DNA of 64,000 nucleotides, from assembly GCF_050251305.1 (NCBI RefSeq), contig NZ_JBFWNB010000001.1, forward strand, positions 65,044-129,043. The letters are read 5' to 3'. Source of the DNA: Methylocystis sp. (GTDB taxonomy: Bacteria > Pseudomonadota > Alphaproteobacteria > Rhizobiales > Beijerinckiaceae). The position numbers and the translations under genes were made by a program. Numbering within the stretch: the first letter of the stretch is position 1; each line of letters begins with the position of its first letter. Positions 57,771 to 64,000 of this stretch are shown piece by piece. Below the pieces are notes generated by a model that had not been told where the DNA came from, did no database searches, and saw nothing but the letters and a program-made list of their open reading frames with translations.

Positions 57771-60224
57771 TTGAACGCATTCAACCCGCCTGGCGTCGCT
57801 CACAAGGCGCTCGTCGCCGCGCTGCGCGACGACGTGCAGCGGCGCCTGACCTATACGATCGGCAAGGACAACGCCGACGCGAGTCCGCGCGACTGGTTCG
57901 TCGCCACCGCGCTCGCGACGCGCGACCGACTCGTTCCCGCCTGGCTCGCGTCGACGAAGCGCAATTATCAGGAGGACCGGCGGCGCGTTTATTATCTCTC
58001 GCTCGAATTTCTCATTGGCCGTCTGCTCGTCGACGCGCTGACCAATCTCGGCCTGACCGACGCGATGCGCGAGGCGCTCGCGGAGCTTGGCGTCGATCTC
58101 GACATGCTGCGCGCGGTGGAGCCGGACGCTGCGCTCGGCAATGGCGGCCTCGGGCGTCTCGCGGCCTGTTTCATGGACAGCATGGCGACGCTGGAAATCG
58201 CCGCCATGGGATATGGCATTCGCTACGACCACGGCCTGTTTCGGCAGACGATACGGGACGGCTGGCAGCACGAATATCCCGAAGACTGGCTCTCCTTCGG
58301 CAACGCCTGGCAATTTCCGCGGCCGGAAATCACCTATGACGTCGGCTTTTTCGGCCAGGTCGAAAGTTCACGCCTCGCCGACGGCATGCTGGCGCATGTG
58401 TGGCGGCCGGCCGAAACCATCGTCGCCGTCGCCTATGACACGCCCGTCGTCGGCTGGCGCGGCAAACATGTCAATACGCTGCGGCTCTGGTCGGCGCGAG
58501 CGCCGGACGCGTTGCGCCTCGACGCCTTCAACCAGGGCGACCATGTCGGCGCGCAATCGGAGCAGGCGCGCGCCGAAGCGATCTCCAAAGTTCTCTATCC
58601 GAGCGACTCGACGCCCGCAGGACAGGAGCTGCGGCTGCGGCAGGAATATTTCTTCGCCTCGGCCTCGCTGCAGGATTTGATCCGCCGTCACATGCGGCAG
58701 ACCGGCGACATCCACAGGCTCGCCGAGAAGGTGGCGATCCAGCTCAACGACACGCATCCGGCGATCGGCGTCGCCGAGTTGATGCGCTTGCTCGTCGACG
58801 TCTACGGCGTTGCGTGGGAGGAGGCCTGGCGCATCACCCAGGCGACGTTCTCCTACACCAATCACACGCTCCTGCCGGAAGCGCTTGAGACCTGGCCGGT
58901 GCAGCTGATGGAGCGGCTGCTGCCGCGCCACATGCAGATCATCTATCTCATCAACGCCATGCATCTCGACTGCTTGCGCGCCAAAGGCGCGAGCGACCCG
59001 GCGACGCTCTCGTCAGTGTCGCTCATCGACGAGCACAACGGCCGGCATGTCCGCATGGGGAATCTGGCCTTTCTCGGGTCGCACAAGGTGAACGGCGTGT
59101 CGGCCTTGCATAGCGCGCTGGTCAAGGAGACGGTGTTCAAGGATTTCCATCGGCTCTATCCCGACCGCATCGTCAACAAGACGAATGGCGTCACCTTTCG
59201 CCGCTGGCTGCTCGAGGCCAATCCGCCGCTGTCGCGATTGCTCGCCGAAACGATCGGCGCAGGCGTGTTCGATCACCCGGAGCAATTGATCGAACTCGAG
59301 AAATTCGCCGACGACGCCGCGTTCCAGAATCGATTTGCGGCGGCCAAGCGAGACAATAAGGCGCGCCTCGCGGCGACGATCTTCGAACGCGTGGGCGTCA
59401 GAGTCGACCCCGCCGCGCTCTTCGACACGCAGATCAAGCGCATCCATGAATATAAGCGCCAGCTTCTGAACGTTCTGGAAGCCGTCGCGCTCTATCGGGA
59501 CATCGTCGCGCAGCCGGCGCGCGAATTTACGCCGCGGGTCAAGATCTTCGCCGGCAAGGCGGCGGCGAGCTATCACCAGGCGAAGCTCATCATCAAGCTC
59601 GCCAACGACGTCGCGAAAGTCGTGAATGAAGACCCGGCCGCGCGCGGCCTGTTGAAGGTCGTGTTCCTGCCGAACTACAATGTGAGCCTCGCCGAAACGA
59701 TCATCCCCGCGGCCGATCTCTCCGAGCAGATTTCGACCGCCGGCATGGAGGCGTCCGGCACCGGCAATATGAAATTCGCGCTGAACGGCGCGCTGACGAT
59801 CGGCACGCTCGACGGCGCCAATGTCGAAATCCGCGAGCGCGTCGGCGACGACAACATCTTCATTTTCGGGCTTACGGCGCAGGAGGTTGAGGCGAGCCGC
59901 TCTCGGGGCATCGACGCGCGCGAGACGATCGCCGCCAGTCCGCGTCTCGCCGACGCGCTGCGAGCGATCGCTACCGGCGCGTTCTCGCCCGACGATCCGC
60001 ATCGTTACGCGCAGCTCGTCGATACGCTGACCTATTACGACCATTTCCTCGTCGCCAAGGATTTCGACGCCTATTGGGAGGCGCAGCGTCGTGTCGATGC
60101 GCGTTGGCGCGACCAGAAGGCGTGGCGGCGGTCGAGCATTCTCAACACGGCGCGGGTGGGATGGTTTTCTTCCGACCGCACGATCCGTGAATATGCGCAG
60201 GAAATCTGGCATGTCGCCGTGTGA
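57771..60224 (+). CDS. glgP: Glycogen phosphorylase
   Basis: YYLSLEFLIGR, LGNGGLGRLAACF, QLNDTHP, YTNHT, KRIHEYKRQ, EASGTGNMKFALNG. Confidence 0.98.
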   Translation: MNAFNPPGVAHKALVAALRDDVQRRLTYTIGKDNADASPRDWFVATALATRDRLVPAWLASTKRNYQEDRRRVYYLSLEFLIGRLLVDALTNLGLTDAMREALAELGVDLDMLRAVEPDAALGNGGLGRLAACFMDSMATLEIAAMGYGIRYDHGLFRQTIRDGWQHEYPEDWLSFGNAWQFPRPEITYDVGFFGQVESSRLADGMLAHVWRPAETIVAVAYDTPVVGWRGKHVNTLRLWSARAPDALRLDAFNQGDHVGAQSEQARAEAISKVLYPSDSTPAGQELRLRQEYFFASASLQDLIRRHMRQTGDIHRLAEKVAIQLNDTHPAIGVAELMRLLVDVYGVAWEEAWRITQATFSYTNHTLLPEALETWPVQLMERLLPRHMQIIYLINAMHLDCLRAKGASDPATLSSVSLIDEHNGRHVRMGNLAFLGSHKVNGVSALHSALVKETVFKDFHRLYPDRIVNKTNGVTFRRWLLEANPPLSRLLAETIGAGVFDHPEQLIELEKFADDAAFQNRFAAAKRDNKARLAATIFERVGVRVDPAALFDTQIKRIHEYKRQLLNVLEAVALYRDIVAQPAREFTPRVKIFAGKAAASYHQAKLIIKLANDVAKVVNEDPAARGLLKVVFLPNYNVSLAETIIPAADLSEQISTAGMEASGTGNMKFALNGALTIGTLDGANVEIRERVGDDNIFIFGLTAQEVEASRSRGIDARETIAASPRLADALRAIATGAFSPDDPHRYAQLVDTLTYYDHFLVAKDFDAYWEAQRRVDARWRDQKAWRRSSILNTARVGWFSSDRTIREYAQEIWHVAV

Positions 60225-60326
60225 GGGCAGGCGCCCAAGCGGAGCTTTTCGGAAGTTTTCCAAGCGTCCGGATTTGCTTCGTCGCCTGGCGCGCGCAATC
60301 ATGAATGAGGCTTCAGGGACGATCGC

Positions 60327-62534
60327 GTGACGAAAGCCGGCTGGCGCGCATCCGAAGACGACATCGAGGCCATCATCGCCGCGCGCCATGGCGATCCTTT
60401 CGCAGCGCTCGGCCTGCATGAAACGCCCACGGGCTATGTCATACGCGCGTTCGTTCCGGGCGCGACGACAGTCGAGGCGATCGCGCCCGACGGCCGCTTG
60501 GTCGCGACGCTCGATCGCATTCGCGCGGAGGGGTTTTTCGAAGGGCTGACTTCGCTCAAGGCCCGCGCGCCCTATCGCCTGCGCGCCGCGAATGACGCCG
60601 CGCAATGGGAATTCGCCGACCCTTACGCCTTTTCGCCCGTGCTCGGCGCGACCGACGATTATCTCCTCGTCGAGGGCGCGCATCAGAAGCTTTACGAAAA
60701 GCTCGGCGCGCATCTCCTGACGCATGAGGGCGTCGAAGGAACGCATTTCGCCGTCTGGGCGCCGAACGCCCGGCGCGTCTCCGTCGTCGGCGACTTCAAT
60801 CAATGGGACGGACGCCGCGCGCAGATGCGCAAGCGGATCGACAGCGGCGTCTGGGAAATCTTCATCCCCGGCGTCGGCGCGGGCGCAAACTACAAATATG
60901 AGATCATCGGGCGCCATGGCGCGCTCCTGCCGCTCAAGGCCGACCCGCTCGGCTTCGAAGCTGAGCTGCGCCCGTCGACCGCGTCCGTCGTCGCAGCGGC
61001 TTCGGCCTATCGCTGGGGCGACGAAACGCATATGCGCGAACGGGTCAAACATGACCCGCGGCGTTCGCCCATGTCGGTCTACGAAGTTCATCTGCCGTCG
61101 TGGCGGCGCGCGGAGGACGGACGCTTTCTCACCTATGACGAGCTTGCCGATCAGCTTGTGCCCTATGTCGCGGACCTCGGCTTCACGCATATCGAGCTGA
61201 TGCCGATCAACGAGCATCCGCTCGACGCCTCCTGGGGCTATCAGCCGATCGGACTGTTCGCGCCGACGCGCCGACACGGCGATTCTTATGGCTTCCGGCG
61301 CTTCATCGACCGCGCCCATCAGGCCGGCTTAAGCGTCATTCTCGATTGGGTGCCCGCGCATTTTCCGACCGACGAACACGGCCTCGCGCAATTCGACGGC
61401 GGACCGCTCTATGAGCATCCAGACCCGAAGCGCGGCTTTCATCCCGACTGGAACACGGCGATCTATGATTACGGCCGCCGCGAAGTGGCGAATTTTCTGA
61501 TCGCCAGCGCGCTCTATTGGCTTGACCGCTACCATATCGACGGACTGCGCGTCGACGCCGTCGCCTCCATGCTCTATCTGGATTATTCGCGCGAGCCCGG
61601 AGAATGGGCGCCAAATCCCGACGGCTCCAACGACAATCGCGACGCCGTCGCCTTTCTTCAAAGGTTCAACGAACTCGTCTACGCGCTTTATCCCGGCGTC
61701 GTGACCATCGCCGAAGAATCGACCGCCTGGGCGGGCGTGACGCGCCCCACATATGCGGACGGCCTTGGGTTCGGCTTCAAATGGAACATGGGGTGGATGA
61801 ACGATACGCTGCGCTATCTCTCGTCCGATCCGGTCCATCGCAAATGGCGCCACAATGAGCTGACCTTCGGTCTGCTCTACGCCTTCACCGAGAATTTCGT
61901 GCTCCCGATCTCTCATGACGAGGTCGTGCACGGCAAGGGATCGGTCGTCGGCAAAATTGCCGGCGACGAATGGCGTCGCTTCGCGGCCGCGCGCGCCTAT
62001 TACGGATTCATGTGGGGGCATCCCGGCAAGAAGCTTCTGTTCATGGGCCAGGAATTCGGACAGACGAATGAATGGAATTATGCGTCAAGCCTCGACTGGT
62101 GGCTGCTCGCATTTCCGCCGCATCATGGGCTTCAGAGCTTCATTCGCGATCTCAACCGCGTCTATCGCGATCACGAGGCGCTCTATGCGCGTGATTGCGA
62201 AGCCGAGGGCTTTCAGTGGATCGTGGTGGACGATTCGGAGAGCTCGGTGTTCGCTTTCGCGCGTTTCGGCGCCGATCGGTCGCGCGCGATCGTCGTCGTG
62301 TCGAATTTCACGCCGGTGACGCGTAACGCCTACAAGCTCGGCCTGCCGCGCGCCGGACGATGGCGTGAACTGATCAATTCCGACGCCGCGGTCTACGGCG
62401 GCTCCGGACTCGGCAATCTCGGGGCGATTCACGCACGCGGCGAGGCGTTCCGCGACTTTCCGGCCAGCGCGGAAATTCTTCTGCCGCCGCTTTCGACTCT
62501 CTTCTTCGCGTTCGAAAGCGATGCTCTACAATAA
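60327..62534 (+). CDS. glgB: 1,4-alpha-glucan branching enzyme
   Basis: [49 protein letters not shown]. Confidence 0.98.
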   Translation: MTKAGWRASEDDIEAIIAARHGDPFAALGLHETPTGYVIRAFVPGATTVEAIAPDGRLVATLDRIRAEGFFEGLTSLKARAPYRLRAANDAAQWEFADPYAFSPVLGATDDYLLVEGAHQKLYEKLGAHLLTHEGVEGTHFAVWAPNARRVSVVGDFNQWDGRRAQMRKRIDSGVWEIFIPGVGAGANYKYEIIGRHGALLPLKADPLGFEAELRPSTASVVAAASAYRWGDETHMRERVKHDPRRSPMSVYEVHLPSWRRAEDGRFLTYDELADQLVPYVADLGFTHIELMPINEHPLDASWGYQPIGLFAPTRRHGDSYGFRRFIDRAHQAGLSVILDWVPAHFPTDEHGLAQFDGGPLYEHPDPKRGFHPDWNTAIYDYGRREVANFLIASALYWLDRYHIDGLRVDAVASMLYLDYSREPGEWAPNPDGSNDNRDAVAFLQRFNELVYALYPGVVTIAEESTAWAGVTRPTYADGLGFGFKWNMGWMNDTLRYLSSDPVHRKWRHNELTFGLLYAFTENFVLPISHDEVVHGKGSVVGKIAGDEWRRFAAARAYYGFMWGHPGKKLLFMGQEFGQTNEWNYASSLDWWLLAFPPHHGLQSFIRDLNRVYRDHEALYARDCEAEGFQWIVVDDSESSVFAFARFGADRSRAIVVVSNFTPVTRNAYKLGLPRAGRWRELINSDAAVYGGSGLGNLGAIHARGEAFRDFPASAEILLPPLSTLFFAFESDALQ

Positions 62535-62560
62535 ACTTCGAATCGTCGACGTCGATAGGA

Positions 62561-63829
62561 GTGGCCATGTCCGTGTCTGACAATCCGCCGCTCGCGCGCC
62601 ACGCCATGGCCTATGTGCTCGCCGGCGGACGCGGCGCGCGACTGATGGAGCTGACCGACCGGCGCGCGAAGCCCGCAGTTTATTTCGGCGGCAAGTCGCG
62701 GATCATCGACTTCGCCCTGTCGAATGCGATCAACTCCGGCATCCGGCGCATTTGCGTCGCGACGCAATACAAGGCGCACAGCCTGATCCGCCATCTGCAG
62801 CGCGGCTGGAGCTTCCTTCGCACCGAACGCAATGAAAGCTTCGACATTCTGCCGGCGAGCCAGCGCGTCTCCGAGGATCACTGGTATCTGGGCACGGCGG
62901 ACGCCGTCTATCAGAACCTCGACATCGTGGAGAGCTACGATCCCAGATTTATCGTGCTGCTCGCAGGCGATCACATCTACAAGATGGATTATGAGCTCAT
63001 GCTGCAACAGCACGTGGACTCCGGCGCCGATGTGACCATCGGCTGCCTCGAAGTGCCGCGCGTCGAGGCCTCGGGTTTCGGCGTCATGCATGTCGACGAA
63101 AACGACCGGATCATTTCCTTCATCGAAAAGCCGATTGATCCGCCAGCGCTGCCGGGCCATCCCGACCGTGCGCTGGTCAGCATGGGCATCTATGTGTTCG
63201 AGGCGAAGTTTCTTTATGAGGAATTGCGTCGCGACGCCGCCGACACACAGTCGAGACATGATTTCGGCAAGGACGTCATTCCCTACATCGTCTCGCACGG
63301 GAAAGCGGTCGCGCATCATTTCGAGCGCTCCTGCGTGCGCGCGGCGAGCGAACAGAACGCCTATTGGCGCGACGTCGGCACGGTCGACGCCTACTGGGCC
63401 GCCAACATCGATCTCACCGATTTCACGCCGCAGCTCGATCTGTATGATCGCAACTGGCCGATCTGGACATACGCCGAAATCACGCCGCCGGCGAAATTCG
63501 TGCACGATCAGGTCGGACGGCGCGGTCAGGCGCTGTCCTCGCTCGTCTCCGGAGGCTGCATCGTTTCTGGCGCGACTCTGCGCCGAACCCTGCTCTTCAC
63601 CGGCGTGCGCGTGAATTCCTACGCCACCGTCGAGAACGCCGTCGTCATGCCCTATGTCGACGTCGGCCGCTCGGCGCGGCTCACGAATGTCGTCGTCGAT
63701 CGCGGCGTGCAGATCCCGCAGGGCCTTGTCGTCGGGGAGGATCCCGAGTTCGACGCGGCGCGCTTCCGACGCACCGAGGCCGGCGTCTGTCTTATCACCC
63801 AGCCGATGATCGACAGGCTTGGCGCATGA
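62561..63829 (+). CDS. glgC: ADP-glucose pyrophosphorylase
   Basis: [45 protein letters not shown]; start 62561 or 62567. Confidence 0.98.
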   Translation: MAMSVSDNPPLARHAMAYVLAGGRGARLMELTDRRAKPAVYFGGKSRIIDFALSNAINSGIRRICVATQYKAHSLIRHLQRGWSFLRTERNESFDILPASQRVSEDHWYLGTADAVYQNLDIVESYDPRFIVLLAGDHIYKMDYELMLQQHVDSGADVTIGCLEVPRVEASGFGVMHVDENDRIISFIEKPIDPPALPGHPDRALVSMGIYVFEAKFLYEELRRDAADTQSRHDFGKDVIPYIVSHGKAVAHHFERSCVRAASEQNAYWRDVGTVDAYWAANIDLTDFTPQLDLYDRNWPIWTYAEITPPAKFVHDQVGRRGQALSSLVSGGCIVSGATLRRTLLFTGVRVNSYATVENAVVMPYVDVGRSARLTNVVVDRGVQIPQGLVVGEDPEFDAARFRRTEAGVCLITQPMIDRLGA

Positions 63830-64000
63830 GGCCATTGCGCGCGCTCGCCATCGCTTCGGAGATGGCGCCCTTCGTCAAGACTGGCGGACTGGCCGACGTC
63901 GTCGGCGCGCTGCCGCATGCGCTTGCCGCCGAAGACGTCGAACTACGCACGCTGATCCCGGGCTATCCCGAGGTTCTCGCCGCGCTGCGCGCCGGCGACT
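63826..64000 (+). CDS. glgA: Glycogen synthase (partial, runs off the window)
   Basis: [30 protein letters not shown], with the KTGGL motif; ATGA overlap with glgC. Confidence 0.96.
   Translation, partial: MRPLRALAIASEMAPFVKTGGLADVVGALPHALAAEDVELRTLIPGYPEVLAALRAGD

Noticed and set aside
7659-61319. Many long opposite-strand or alternative-frame ORFs (e.g. 7659-9056, 18388-20232, 30154-32493, 33858-35276, 53200-55482, 59013-61319)
   Set aside because: They are shadows of well-supported genes. GC-rich codon bias suppresses stops, and the translations are Arg/Ala-rich with no family motifs.

Overview
A 64 kb GC-rich chromosomal window from an alphaproteobacterial methylotroph that can fix nitrogen; a Methylocystaceae type II methanotroph (Methylocystis-like) is inferred from gene content. 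Left to right: (i) a partial TonB-dependent receptor and a nitrogen-fixation regulatory islet (sigma54-driven pseudo-receiver plus group III truncated hemoglobin, mop, nifA); (ii) a stand-alone pqqA missed by the ORF track, an MxaY/MxcQ-like kinase, an MxaB-like regulator and the Ca-type methanol dehydrogenase operon mxaFJGIRSACKLDH; (iii) periplasmic accessory genes; (iv) a two-component system divergent from a Cys-rich, RAPP-terminated leader ORF, followed by a TonB receptor, a PepSY membrane protein and a second TonB receptor; (v) a PAS-REC protein, an arylsulfatase, tRNA-Phe and a low-GC remnant of an OLD/TOPRIM nuclease; (vi) ridA, moeB-like, plcP-agt with a Pho box, bfd-bfr with three tandem Irr boxes, glpK, mutY, tRNA-His, secE-nusG detached from rplK, a cupredoxin-FTR1 pair, pbp1A/dnaN with a CtrA box, and glgPBCA. 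The most promising system is the CruR/DUF2946-like translation-arrest leader, which may make TonB receptor expression copper-dependent. Several hand-found regulatory sites (Irr, NifA/sigma54, Pho, CtrA, a candidate MxaB heptamer) are also notable. All family calls come from manual motif recognition; no database searches were run.
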